A stretch of DNA of 63,534 bases, the filler included, from Nemertoderma westbladi (Eukaryota > Animalia > Xenacoelomorpha), in assembly GCA_032718475.1 (NCBI GenBank). It is 5 parts of 5 records of this genome, joined end to end, with 100 filler letters (N's around TTAATTAATTAA, not from the genome) between each part and the next. Parts side by side here need not be neighbours in the genome. Positions count along the whole stretch, not along the records: positions 1 to 17,668 come from JAUCBJ010008340.1; positions 17,769 to 42,688 come from JAUCBJ010005192.1; 3 more parts are not named here. One strand, given 5' to 3'. Position numbers and translations under genes: made by a program. Shown in pieces: positions 11,221 through 23,834 of this stretch. Each line of letters starts with the position of its first letter. Within the stretch, counting starts at the first letter, position 1. Under the pieces are notes generated by a model. That model searched no databases. It had not been told where the DNA came from and saw only the letters and a list, made by a program, of their open reading frames with translations.

Positions 11221-11866
11221 GGGATAGGAGTAGCGCCCACCCCTACCTTCGGGTAGCAGATAGGAGTAGCGCCCACCCCTACCTTCGGCTAGCAGAAAGG
11301 GTGTAGCGCCCACCCCTACCTTCGGGTAGCAGAAAGGGTGTAGCGCCCACCCCTACCTTCGGGTAGCAGAAAGGGTGTAGCGCCCACCCCTACCTTCGGG
11401 TAGCAGAAAGGGTGTAGCGCCCACCCCTACCTTCGGGTAGCAGAAAGGGTGTAGCGCCCACCCCTACCTTCGGGTAGCAGAAAGGGTGTAGCGCCCACCC
11501 CTACCTTCGGGTAGCAGATAGGAGTAGCGCCCACCCCTACCTTCGGCTAGCAGAAAGGGTGTAGCGCCCACCCCTACCTTCGGGTAGCAGAAAGGGTGTA
11601 GCGCCCACCCCTACCTTCGGGTAGCAGAAAGGGTGTAGCGCCCACCCCTACCTTCGGGTAGCAGAAAGGGTGTAGCGCCCACCCCTACCTTCGGGTAGCA
11701 GAAAGGGTGTAGCGCCCACCCCTACCCTCGGGTAGCAGAAAGGGTGTAGCGCCCACCCCTACCCTCGGGTAGCAGAAAGGTGTAGCGCCCACCACCCACC
11801 CCCTATAACCTCGGGTAGCAGCTATCGAAAGAGGAGCCTTCGGGTCGCCTCCGGCTTCGGCCGACT
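11221..11866 (+). repeat. 37-bp tandem array (~16 copies) derived from a SINE 3' module, ending in the unamplified rest of that module
   Basis: Unit AGCGCCCACCCCTACCTTCGGGTAGCAGAAAGGGTGT. Variant units recur 258 bp apart (7-unit duplication). The tail GCTATCGAAAGAGGAGCCTTCGGGTCG matches the minus strand at 32535-32565. Confidence 0.95.
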
Positions 11867-14800
11867 GTTTGGCGTTTTTTTTTCAGAAAATCGCTAGAAA
11901 TCATTGGCATTAAATTCAAACAGCAGTGAATTCCGGTTGGATTCGTAAAACATGACTTTTATAGGTCTCGCCTGGGCTGCCTGAATGTCATGTAATCTAA
12001 TAAAATTAATTAAAACCAACAACGCAGTATATTATTATGCCATCATTGCCAATTAATTAATCGCCAAGGTATTCGAATATAAACACTTTTCAGAAACTAT
12101 TTTCACACTTTTACCAAATATACAACCATCCACTAACTCTGTTTACCTTTAGTATCCCCTTAAATATTGATTATCGCATTACCCTAATAGATTTTCACGG
12201 AACCCTATTATAACTTATTTTAAAATTGTGTTAATTAAGTAATTGTTTTAATGTTGTATACAAATTGAAAGATTTTTTTTTTTTTTTTCAATCAATTAAA
12301 TGTTAGATCTACAGTGATTATAGGCCAATCAATGTACCTACAGCGATGATATTTAATTTCAATGCCCAATGTAGTGTAGACTTACCCAATTTCTCCCCAA
12401 ATTTAAAATTGAAACCCGCTGTGTATTATATTCATATGTAAGTTAGACAACTTAATTAATATTATGACTTCTGTAGTAACTTTACTAATTATTAATCAAT
12501 TAATTACGTATTTCCTTTTTAATTTCATCTATTGCGGCTTTTTATATTATATTATATTGCCTCCCTGTATATTTTTGTGTTTCCATGATATGTATAGTAG
12601 CAGCTGTAGTAATATTTAGTTATACTTGTGTTGTTAAACTCTATCTTTAATGAAATGTTGTATATCACACAGAAATTAACTAATTCAGGAGCCGCACTTT
12701 ATTTAACTGTTTTTCCACTCGTAATATTAAATTAACTAAATTAAATTAAGTCAAGGGTTTAAAAAACAGGTGAATATTGGGGGTTAATATCTCCTTTTAA
12801 TACACCTTGACTCAATCACTAATTGTGATTTAAATTGTATTTTACTTTAGGTACGTGAATTATTAATAATTCATGTACTTAATTAATTATTAATATATCA
12901 TATTATTAATCAACGCTCACTAAATTCGAGTTATTCGTGGATTCCTCCCACTTTATACACCAACTTTTCTCGAACACCTATTTTAATTTTATTGTGCTCA
13001 GTTTGCGGGGGTGGGCGTTTATACAAACAAAATTATTAAATATTTTACTTTAATTTTCTAGAATTTATCTAGACAGCCATACTTGCTGCATCGTATTGTT
13101 ACAATACGTTTTCTAGACCATTTTACCACAGGTATATAACAGTTGCCGTTAGTATTGTAGTGTATAGAGTTATAGTAACTACTTAGTAATTGGATTGGAC
13201 CTGTTTTGTGCTTTTGTTTGGATATCATCTCTATTACATTTTTAAATTTTAGTTATTTTAATCCTCGGTATTGTTTTATTTTTTCTCATATTATTTTAAT
13301 TTGGTTTTTAAAAAAAGCTTGTTGCCGTCTGTTGTAATTTAAGCCTAATATCTTTGAAATATTGATGGTTGTAAAGATTTTGATAAAAATTTCAGGGGGG
13401 GGGGGGGGGGGGGGGGGGGGGGGGCTCGATGCAATTTTAAAATTCACCCCCCACTCAGGGACAACCAACTCTACTTACTAACTGTTTATTTCTCACAAAA
13501 ATACAACTATAACCTGTTTCTTTCGTTTATTGTTTTGGTTAGAATAACCCGCCCTTTCCCAATTAGCTTTACCTTACCCCCACCCCCCCCCCCCCCCCCC
13601 CCTTCTTCATGAATTCCTGCCATTAATTTGAAATCTCCCTATTATAGTTTTGTGTTTATTATTTATATCGATTATTAATTAATTACAAATTTACATACTT
13701 TCAGCATAAATGTGCATTTAGATCCGTAATTGGTGGTGTTTTGAATAATCTTTCGGTTTAGTTTTTCAGTTATTTGTAAAACACAGCCTCTAATTATTTT
13801 AAATTCTATTGTTTGTATTGCTGAGAGGTGCGGTTAGTTACAATTTGTGGCAATGTAATTTTCTTCTTTAAAAAGTAGTATTAAACATTAAACACAATTT
13901 GTTTTATTAGATATTTTTGAAATTTTTTACCCTATTAACACTTCTGAACTGATACGAATGCTCTTCTAGCTCAACCTCTTGCTTGGTATATTTAAATTCC
14001 AGTATATCTGCTATTGATCTAGCAGATCTAGCATTTAATACAATTTATCTAGATGGCTAGAGGGCCCTCTGTTCATTTCATATAATGTGCTTTTATTTCA
14101 GAAATTTGTGCCGCTCAGATGACATTTTTGGATTACATTTATATATTATTTTTTATTATATTAGTAATTAAATTGTTTATTGCAATTGTAAATCAGATAT
14201 AACCCATGTAAGCATACATTGTGTTATTTACCCTGGGTTGTAGAGTTTATACCGTACGTAGTAACTTACATACAAGTACAAGTACAATATTAGATTAATA
14301 AACATATTCCATTCCCTTATGTGTCTATTTTATTGTAGACATAATCGTTATTAGATATTATAGATATTCTACATTTTAGATATTATATGTCAATGTACTT
14401 CATGCACTTTGCAGCCTTTGGTTATGTTTTAATTGTTTAAGTATATTTCATTATTTCGTCGCGTAATTCTGCGCCCTTCCTGTTGCAAAAATACAATCCT
14501 GGATTTAGAATTTACTTTTCTTTACTAAATGGCTGAAATTTTTGTTCGCATTATTGCGCTGTTCACTCCATACTTCGGCTGTACGTCCTTTTCTGTATTA
14601 TATATAAGAGGGATTGAATGAATCAGATGGGGGGGGGGGGGGGGGGGGGGGGGGCTGAACGCAATGAAAATTCATCGCTCTCCAGGGGAAATTGGACGCA
14701 AATAACAGTTGATTACTCTCAAAAATATAACTTTAACCTGTTCTGTTGTGGTCTAGTAATGTGATAAAGATGGAGCGACTGCCGCAGTTGGGTGTGTAGT

Positions 14801-14947
14801 TGTGTAAACCAACCCAAATGGCCGAGTGTAAGACCTGGCCACTCGAATTTAATAGATAATTGGCAACTATATAGTTAAAGTCTTATAATCTAGCACTTAT
14901 TATCCGAGCGTTAACAAGTATTTTACGACGAGACAAGAACTGTTGTA

Positions 14948-15232
14948 AGTCGGTCGTCGGTCGGTCGGTCGGTCGGTCGGTCGGTCGGTCGGTCGGTCGG
15001 TCGGTCGGTCGGTCGGTCGGTCCGGTCGGTCGGTCGGTCGGTCGGTACGGTCGCTCGCTCGGTCGGTCGGGTCGGTCGGTCGGTCGGTCGGTCGGTCGGT
15101 CGGTCGGTCGGTCGACGGTCGGTCGGGTCGGTCGGTCGGTCGGTCGGTCGGATCGGTCGGTCGGTCGGTCGGTCGGTCGGTCGGACGGTCGGTCGGTCGG
15201 TCGGTCGGTCGGTCGGTCGGTCGATCGGTCGG
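14948..15232. repeat. (GTCG)n microsatellite inside a DINE-like element
   Basis: About 70 tetranucleotide units read directly. Confidence 0.97.
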
Positions 15233-15459
15233 TGATTTCATTTCCGATATAAATAAGATAACTCACCATATATCTGAAATTTTTGCTATGGGGGTTTTCC
15301 CTGTCTTGGATTTCATTGACTGATATCAAGACTGTCATTTAGACTGTCGGTTTGTCTGTTCTATCAGTACTTGTACTTTTCGTCCCGAGAGTGAAAAAAA
15401 GACTAAGTTTTTTGGTTAGCATGTTACCGGATTCACCGTCCAAAAAACCCCATTAAAAT

Positions 15460-15730
15460 GGGTGTAAACGTTACTGTACGACAGCCGACAACCACTGCCG
15501 ACAACAGCAAATATCAGAATGTGACCTGCATTCGTGACCTCGTTTATTGTTTTGGTTAGAATGACCTTCCACATGTAACCTGTTCCTTTCCCTCAATTGA
15601 TAAATAACATTAATTAGTTTTAATGATGGTTGTCGGTAGTAGGTTGTCGGTAGTTGGTTGTCGGCGTTGGTTGTCGATAGTTGGTTGTCGGTCTGTCGGT
15701 AGTTGGTTGTCGGCCCTAGCGTTTACACCC
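15460..15730. mobile_element. MITE with GGGTGTAAACG termini (PIF/Harbinger-like)
   Basis: GGGTGTAAACG...CGTTTACACCC, with internal CCGACAAC / GTTGTCGG repeats in opposite orientations. Same terminus as 49917. Confidence 0.7.
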
Positions 15731-17158
15731 CATATAAATTAATTTTAGTACATTTAGTGAAATCTTGGAGATTTTTATTGTACTGGAACGAAAAGTGCAA
15801 GCAGTGGAAAAACTCTATCTCGAAAATTTATAAAGTAATGAGAAACAGCTTCAGATTTGATATCTCCGCAAAATTTCGGTCTTAGTGAAACAATAAATGT
15901 AAGAAGTCCTAAGATTTTCTGCAGTAGGTAGGTGCATACATACAGTTACATACATACTGTATGCTATGCATACATAAATACTGTAGCTGACTGAGTCTGA
16001 AGATTTAATTAAAAGTATGATTGTTACATAATTCAACAGCCATGGGTTCCACTCCAGCAGAAGTAAATTCACGGGAATATTTGAAATTTACTTGAACTTC
16101 AAATCAATATTCTCAAAATAATTTTTTACTAAATTTCAAAATGTTGCACCCTTTTTGGCACCGATTTTAGATGATGATAATGCAACATCGTCTGAACTGG
16201 TTAGTTCTACTACAGTATGTACTAGATTTGTACTGTCTGCCGCTAGAGAGGGCGAAATGTCTGGAAGTGAAAAATCTTCTACCGTTTCCTTGATTTTAAT
16301 CAGTTTAAGCTGAAACTTGGCATAAATGAGCTTGAAAGAGAACTAGAAAGCTGCATCTTTCCTTTGTTGGATGCAACTCCCACTACACTTAAACTAAAGT
16401 TTGCACCTGAGGGTGAAATGTGAATGTGAAAAATTTCTCTCATTTCGTTATTTGTTGTCCGTTCAATCTAAAATTTGGTAGATATACTGCGGTCTACGTG
16501 ACCTGCCATCCATAGCAGGTGTCTTTGTGGGGACACCAATCCATGGAATTAATTTAGAAGGATTTTGGATATTTTTATTTCAGACAACAAGTAACTTAAG
16601 ATTGTCGTTGACCCATATTATCAAACACAATGGAATAATAAAAAGTTCAGTACATCAACACGTACTCTGGAAACCCCAATCAGAATGACGCATATTATTG
16701 TACTGTATATATATACATATAATGTATATAAACTGGCCGTATGTAAGACCTAGTTACACTACACAACATACGAACGAACAAACTGTTACCTGGTTCAGTA
16801 CTCGAACCTACGGAATTGGACTAGAACTATCATCAGGGTTAATAACCTCGACGGAAACAACCCTCGAGGTTTTATTTTGGCGTTTTAAATTGCTCCCCCT
16901 ATTAGAGATATAGTAAATTAGAAACAAAGGCTAAATAAATAATTATAACGAATAAGTATTATAATATACTGTATATCTCTGAGGCTACTACAGTATATTG
17001 TACTAGTTGCGCCATCTAGCTGCTCGTTGTAGAATCGCCTTTGATCAAAACACGATAATTTCTTGTTTTATAATTATATTACCAATAAATAATATTATAC
17101 GGAACAGTAAATGTTATTTTCCTTTTAATTGAACTCTATTTAATTAATTGACATATTA

Positions 17159-17667
17159 TTATATATAATCGTGCGTATTCCGCAGAAAAGAGTTACTGAT
17201 ATCGCAATTTATGAATAAAATAAAATATGTTGTGTCAGAAATTACTCCCCACCAGCTGTTGCAGCTATTATTCTCAACCCGTTTGTATCTTCCCCAGGCG
17301 TGCGGTCTCATCGGTTCTACGACCGTATCCATTTCGTAATCTATAATTAAGTTATTATCGTCTACCAAACGAATTACTTTACGAACAGCATTTATTTCAT
17401 TCCGACCAGTAAAAGTAATCGAATTTACAGCGCGAGGTTCTAGAACCAAATGTGATTCTCCTTCGAGATATCCTTCGGTTATTTCGAAGCTGCCGAAACT
17501 ATGGCAACACAAGAAGGCGATTTTCCTGATCCCGCGGGGTCTATCTTAATGAACCCGTTTATATCGTGGTTGGGACAGGTATCGTCTGAGGTCTCCCAAC
17601 TCTTGGATCTGTATTCCATAATCCACGGTGTGTTCTCGCACCAAAACTCTATCTTCTCGTGGAACAT
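17159..17667 (-). CDS. Nitrobindin/THAP4-like heme-binding beta-barrel, partial, with one frameshift
   Basis: HEKIEF..TPW.MEYRSKSW..PNH...GFIKI continues in another frame as KIAFLCCHSFG..EITEG...VRKVIRL...YEM.T..EPMRPH...YKRV, which aligns by eye to nitrobindin including the heme His. The 5' end is in the gap. Confidence 0.7.
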
Positions 17668-17668
17668 G

Positions 17669-17768
17669 NNNNNNNNNNNNNNNNNNNNNNNNNNNNNNNN
17701 NNNNNNNNNNNNTTAATTAATTAANNNNNNNNNNNNNNNNNNNNNNNNNNNNNNNNNNNNNNNNNNNN
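17669..17768. other. Artificial contig linker
   Basis: N44-TTAATTAATTAA-N44 (stops in all six frames). Confidence 0.98.
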
Positions 17769-19440
17769 AAGTTCCACTATGTGCTACTACTGCTGGTATT
17801 GGAGTCATAAGTTGTAACTATTACTTCATTGTGTATGTTTTCTTCTTATTATTATTATTATAACTTATTATTATCATTTAATTCGCCATTTCGGGGTGGA
17901 ACAACATCGTAAGCCTATGCTTATATATACGGGTACAAACACAATCAAATGTTATTGAATACCAGGGCAGTACAATACACTAGATTCATACCACTCCAGG
18001 GGTAAAATCGACGCAAATATCAGCTGATTACTCTCATGAATAAATCTGTAACATGTTATATATATAATCGACTTTAGTTTATTGTTTTGGTTAGGATAAC
18101 ATGCCACTGTAAACTGCTCCTTTCCCTGGCCTAAATGGAAAATTTAATATTGAGACGCGATTTTAATTCGCAGTAATGGGATTTGCGTCAAGTCAGGGAA
18201 TTTCATTTTTTCAAGAAACTATCAGGGAATTCTTGTAAAAAATAAAGCGGCCGAAGTAATATATTATATTCTATAAAAATGTAGTATACATGCAGAGAGG
18301 GAATTGTTTTAAAAGTCAGGGAAAATTGAAACTGAAATAGAGTGGGAAAACCCTGAACATATTCTGTAATATTTTGTTTAGCCCATACGTTGCTGGGCAA
18401 CAATGCAATACCTCTTTAGTCACACTATTATGTAGCTATTCATTCATTATCAAAATGTTCCAGACTTTGATCAAGGTTCCAAATATGAAAACTGTTTATC
18501 CAAATCTGTCGCACTTCTCGAAATATGGTTGTCTTTCCGTTTTACTGTCGGTCTGTCCGTCAGTTTGTCTCCAAAACAAAAGAAAACATACTATGTGTCT
18601 AAAAAAATTCCTATATAGGATTTCTTGGTCCGTGACTTCATTTCTGATATCAGTATTCAAGTTTGGCCACGTCTTTTCTGTCTGTATGCCTGTCAGTCTG
18701 TCCATCAAAATATATCCGACAGCCTGACAGCCAAATAGACCGTTGGGAAGTCATCAAATGTTAAATCTGACACTCGAAATGAATTATGCAACCAGGAAAA
18801 CCACCAGGCAATATCATTAGCATGATTTTGTGGTTTCGTGTTGCTATATATATATATTGGCAGACATTCTCACATATTAACAGACAATTTTGCGCGGGAA
18901 GGTTAAAATTTTAAAGCAATTATCACGGAATGGTATTTTTTCATTTTTATAACACTACTTCTACGCCATTTTTTAACCAATTTGCAAGTTTTTGGTATCA
19001 AATGAAAGCTACTAGTGTGCGCAATAATAAAATTCGAGCAGTTTTTTAGTTTTGGAATTGTTCATCTGTTATAAAATTTTTTACGAAAAAAAAGTGCTTT
19101 TATTGAAAATTTGAAAATTATTTTGAAAAAATAACAGGTATTTTCCTTGAAAAGTACGAAACAAAAATTCTGCTCGAATTTTTTCACGTAATCGGCCATG
19201 CTGATTCCAATAAAAAGCCAGGTTACACACTTCTGAAAATAAAGCATAACAAAGGAGTAGCATTTTAAGTAAAAAATGTAAATTTTGGCTCTGGCCGCTA
19301 AGGGGCGTCAAAAATGATGTTTTTTTGAATATTACAATTCAATATAGTCCACCCAAAATGTATCTTACACTTTTTTCTACTTATTCGTTTTTTGGTGCAG
19401 TATGTATTTCATAATGCTGATTTCCAAGCCAGACTAAGCC

Positions 19441-19720
19441 GACTTTGCTTGAATTCAATAGATTCATTCAGAATTTTGCCTGACTTCAATAGATTCAGGT
19501 ATAATTTTGCACGATTTCAATAAACCCCGGCAGAATTTTGCCTGATTTCAAAAGATTGATATAATTTTGCCTGATTTCAATAGATTTATATGATTTTGCC
19601 TGATTTCAATAGATTCTGGCAGAATTTTGCTTGATTTAAATAGAAAGACAGGCAGAATTTTGCCTGATTTCAATAGATTCAGGCATTATTTTGCCTGATT
19701 TCAATACACTCAGGCAAAAC
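19441..19720. repeat. ~31-bp minisatellite, ~9 diverged copies
   Basis: Unit AGGCAGAATTTTGCCTGATTTCAATAGATTC, containing the near-palindrome CAGGCAGAATTTTGCCTG. Confidence 0.9.
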
Positions 19721-20356
19721 TAGCTATGATACTGCTTTCTTGTCGGGGGGGGGGGGGGGGGGGGGGTATATTTTGATTGCGTCGAACGTTTGTCCTGTTA
19801 TACCATTCAGTTATCAGATTTACAAATATGTGTAAAGCAGTATATACTTAGAAAAATTGCTTGCATATGTTAATAGGTCGGTTAAACTTTCATTATCACC
19901 AAACCGCACCATTTAGGACAATGCTCTAATGTTATTGTTTGTGCGTGTTGCTAGGTAACAAACATCTGTTGTTGCAGTCAAGGCGTTTTAAATAGAGCAG
20001 TTAGTCTGGTTTCGTTTAAATTAGTTATAAAATATTGCGTGTAACATATTTATACTTCATTGCATAAATAATTTCATTATTCCAAACATGCACAGCACAT
20101 CCCACAATAATACCACATTTTGGAATGAAATTACATGTTGAAATACTACAAATATTGCAAGCAAACCATTACTGCGACTTCAACTAGAAATTTTCTCAAT
20201 AACCCATGACGTTATGTATAACTCATGCAATAACTAATGTAATTTAATTAAATAATCTGCAAAGTAATTATAAGTAGACAACCCCTACCTAATGCGACGA
20301 AATTAATACCGGTACTTATAAAATACAATTCCAAGGTAAAATAATAAATTACCAGA

Positions 20357-21307
20357 CTAATAATCCCCCACGCAAGGTTCATCAGTTTGAATTTCCCGCT
20401 GTTGTAAAACTTCCTTTATTTCCCTTTCCAAAGCTCCTAACAGCGAGCTGGCGCCAAGACGGAAGAGCTCAGGTTTCAACCAATCATCTCCCAGCTCAGC
20501 GTGAACCATCTCCAACCAATGGAACGCGTCTCTTCCAACCTTTAACCCTCCAGCCGGTTTCAACCCAACCCTGACCCCCGTACGTCCGTAGTGCTCGCTT
20601 ATAGCTCGAGCCATAACGACCCCCACTGGTAGAGTGGCGTTAACTGCTGCCTTGCCGGTTGATGTCTTAATGAAATCTGAACCAGCTGCCATGGCAACTA
20701 TAGACGCTTTATATACGTTACTAAGACCCTGCAATTCCCCAGTTTCTAGAATAGATTTCATTTTAGCTTCTCCGCAAGCTTTTCGTAACTCTTTGACTTC
20801 GTTGTAGAGTTCCTCCCATTTACCTTCTAGAACTAAGTTACGACTTATAACGATGTCAATCTCGGAAGCTCCGAGGGAAACCGCTGACCGGATCTCGGAA
20901 AGTTTAACTGGAAGGAAAGTCTGTCCGGAAGGGAAGCCGGCCGCAACGCTGGCCACCGGAAATGGAATGTCGTAGGTTCGTAAGGCGGCGATTGCGTCGG
21001 ATACACGCGCGGGGTAGACGCATACTGACGCACAGCGGATCCGTTCCCGAGTTGGTAACCCGTCAAGGACTGACTGCTCCAACGGATGCAACGCCTTGTG
21101 GACCAGCTTTGCTACTCTTTCGGCCGTGTCGTCTCCAGCTAGAGTAGTCAAGTCGATGCACCTCACAGACAGAAGTAAACGATTCAACCTCACTGATTCT
21201 TCCAGATCCTTCACGACTTCAATTATATCTGTTACCGTGTCGTTGATTTCAGATTCATTTACCTTAACAGCGTCCAAGAGTGAAGATATTTCGTTAAAGT
21301 TCGCCAT
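20357..21307 (-). CDS. DERA: Deoxyribose-phosphate aldolase, uninterrupted CDS (~316 aa from the ATG at 21307)
   Basis: CIDLTTL.GDDT, SVCVYP, VAAGFPSGQ, EIDIVI, FIKTSTGK (Schiff-base Lys), GLKPAGG and FRLGASSLL. Animal-type N-terminal extension. Confidence 0.96.
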   Translation of the reverse strand: MANFNEISSLLDAVKVNESEINDTVTDIIEVVKDLEESVRLNRLLLSVRCIDLTTLAGDDTAERVAKLVHKALHPLEQSVLDGLPTRERIRCASVCVYPARVSDAIAALRTYDIPFPVASVAAGFPSGQTFLPVKLSEIRSAVSLGASEIDIVISRNLVLEGKWEELYNEVKELRKACGEAKMKSILETGELQGLSNVYKASIVAMAAGSDFIKTSTGKAAVNATLPVGVVMARAISEHYGRTGVRVGLKPAGGLKVGRDAFHWLEMVHAELGDDWLKPELFRLGASSLLGALEREIKEVLQQREIQTDEPCVGDY

Positions 21308-21743
21308 TTTAACAAATAACAATTATTTTCAATTAAAACGACAGATATTAATATAATATACACTGTATGAAGCACCTATAATATTGTACGACGATGGGTA
21401 CTACGATATATACGCATATTTGCCACTCGGCCTGCCTTACACCTTCGAGGATAGAAAATTCATGGTTTCAATTTGTCTGTTGTGGCCAGGTGGTTGACAC
21501 TTTTTAGTAGTGATAGAAGTAACATGTTATCTATAAGCTTAGGGTTTGCAGGTGTATAGCAGATATATCTGTATTGCAGATGTATCCATTATCAAACGTT
21601 GTATATCCTTCGTAACATTATTGTGTATGTACCATCCACGGATTGGTACAAACAAGAGCACAGCAAGGGTTCGGGTTGCCATTGAAGCTAAGGCTCCACT
21701 GCTACACACACAACAAGTTCTTAAGGAGAGGTGATACTGTAGC

Positions 21744-22268
21744 ATTCCAGAGAGAATACTCTAGTATTCCAGAGAGAATAATCTGGCCCATGTGAAGAAT
21801 ACCAGACTTTCTACCGTTATATTTCACTTTGCAGTTACCCACATGTGAAGAATACCAGGTTTTCACCAAAAACACAGGTTACAGAAGGGCTGAATTTAAC
21901 CAAAACAATAAACGAATTAGTATATGTACTCTACAGACAGGTTATAAGACAGAAATAAGCGCTATAAAACACTTAATAAAGATAAATTAAAAAAAATAAA
22001 AAATCTTCATATATAAATTTCCAATAAAAAGTCGACCGAAAAGTGAAATCCTGGTATTCTTCACATGATGGGCGAATACTCTAGTATACCCGAGAGAATA
22101 CTCTAGTATTCCAGAGAGAATACTCTAGTATTCCAGAGAGAATACTCTAGTATTCCAGAGAGAATACTCTGGTATACTTGAGAGAATACTCAAGTATTCC
22201 AGAGAGAATACTCTAGTATTCCAGAGAGAATACTTGAGTATACCAGAGAGAATACTCGAGTATTCCAA
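21744..22268. repeat. 22-bp palindromic minisatellite interrupted by a MITE
   Basis: Unit GAATACT-CT-AGTATTC-CAGAGA at 21744-21780 and 22074-22268. Confidence 0.9.
21781..22073. mobile_element. MITE inserted in the 22-bp array
   Basis: CATGTGAAGAATACCAG (twice on the left) / CTGGTATTCTTCACATG (right), with GCCC/GGGC ends. Confidence 0.65.
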
Positions 22269-23834
22269 TCCATGGTACAATTACCAAGTTGAGGGGGTAG
22301 GATCTTCGAGCAGTGCGTCAGTGGCAAATACATTTTAATATAAGAGAACTATCAGCTGGAACGATTAAGATTGATATCCCTATAGTGGAGATATTTATAT
22401 TGAAATATTTCCAATAATGGTGTCAGCGAGCCAGTATTATATAGTAGTACACACATACACACACGCCACGCCACACAAATTAGAATCCCCCAACCCCAAG
22501 CTAATAGTTATCATTTCAACGTGTCTCGTTTCTCAGCATGTAAAATATTAGGCCTATTGACAATTCTAGTTAATATTAAGTTGTATGTCATTCAGACTAA
22601 AATAGTATACACATAATATAATAAGTTATCCACACAAGATTATAAGTTGGGCTCACAAGATTAAAAGCTACCTGTAATACTCTATTCTCTATTAAAAATT
22701 TAAAGAATAGCAAAACTAGCTACTTACTATATTGTTGTACATCAGCTGTCATTTAAATTGTATTGAACTTTCCCCCATGTGGCTTAAAAATGGATGGGCA
22801 GCCGCAGCCAGGTATTACTGAGTAAATTTAGCCAATAGAATGGGCGCTGCAGAAGCACTGCCTAGCAACCATAAGAAACACTTTGAGTGCTTGTGGGGAG
22901 AGCCACAATGTGCTGGAGTAACTTTATTGATGATATAAAATGTACAGGATTTGACACCTAATAATTGGACGTATCCAAAAAGTGGATGTCCTTATTTCTC
23001 ACGCGTGTTTGTTTGTTTTTACACACAACTTCTTGCACTTAATGTTGATAGAATTGGATATTTGTCATTGGACATTTGTCATTGTATTGTATTGGTCAAT
23101 GTCATTTGGAATTGGATATTATATATTGTCAATAATGATGATGGGTTCATTATTGGACCTAGTTGTCTTGTGTATGCAAGGTTTTGGTTGCGAGCGACCT
23201 GTTGGTTGCCAAGCAACAGTGATATTAATTCTAGAATGATCGATCATAATCGTAGAATTCACTCAATCAAAATTCTGTCGAGACCCCATAAAGAGCACCA
23301 ATAGGACATGCTTTATGCAAAATTTCGCTTTATTTCGTTTAGAATTGTAGAAGATACATTTCTAACAAACAGCGTTTTTTTAACATAGGCCCTACAATAT
23401 TATACTAATTATACTATTAGCATACTGGCTAGCCAAATCCCAGAATATCGTTGCCAAGACAACATCCTATTGGAGCTTCAGCGTGGACGTAAGTAGCAGT
23501 GTAATTGAGAGAGCTGTCTGCTCCACATAGACAACTATTGGGTTCTCATGCGTTAGTACTTATTACGCTGCCCTGCTTAGGCGCTTAATTCATTACAACA
23601 AACAATAAAATAATAATTGTGTTATACAGACGGTACTTTGCCCAATGTTTCGTTTTGCGTTTTTCATTATTATGCTTCCCTGCAAAGGCGCATTATTTAT
23701 TACAACAATATTGATAGCAATGTATCCGTCCATATTGCCAGCTCTCGCTTGCAAGCTTGTCAGTATCACTGTGATTAGTTATCGAAACTATATGTATCAG
23801 TCATGGTATCACTACGCGCAGAGTGATGGATACA

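Noticed and set aside
14883-15338. PTDR-repeat ORFs
   Set aside because: Translation of the (GTCG)n microsatellite.
17669-17768. TTAATTAATTAA as a biological motif; linkage across gaps
   Set aside because: An identical 100-nt spacer occurs four times and is an assembly linker. The short MTPIPAVV frame beyond the gap cannot be assigned to the nitrobindin gene.
20357-21307. Bacterial deoC by horizontal transfer or contamination
   Set aside because: Length, N-terminal extension and segments such as RNLVLEGKWEELYNEV resemble animal DERA, and neighbouring eukaryote-specific genes are also intronless.
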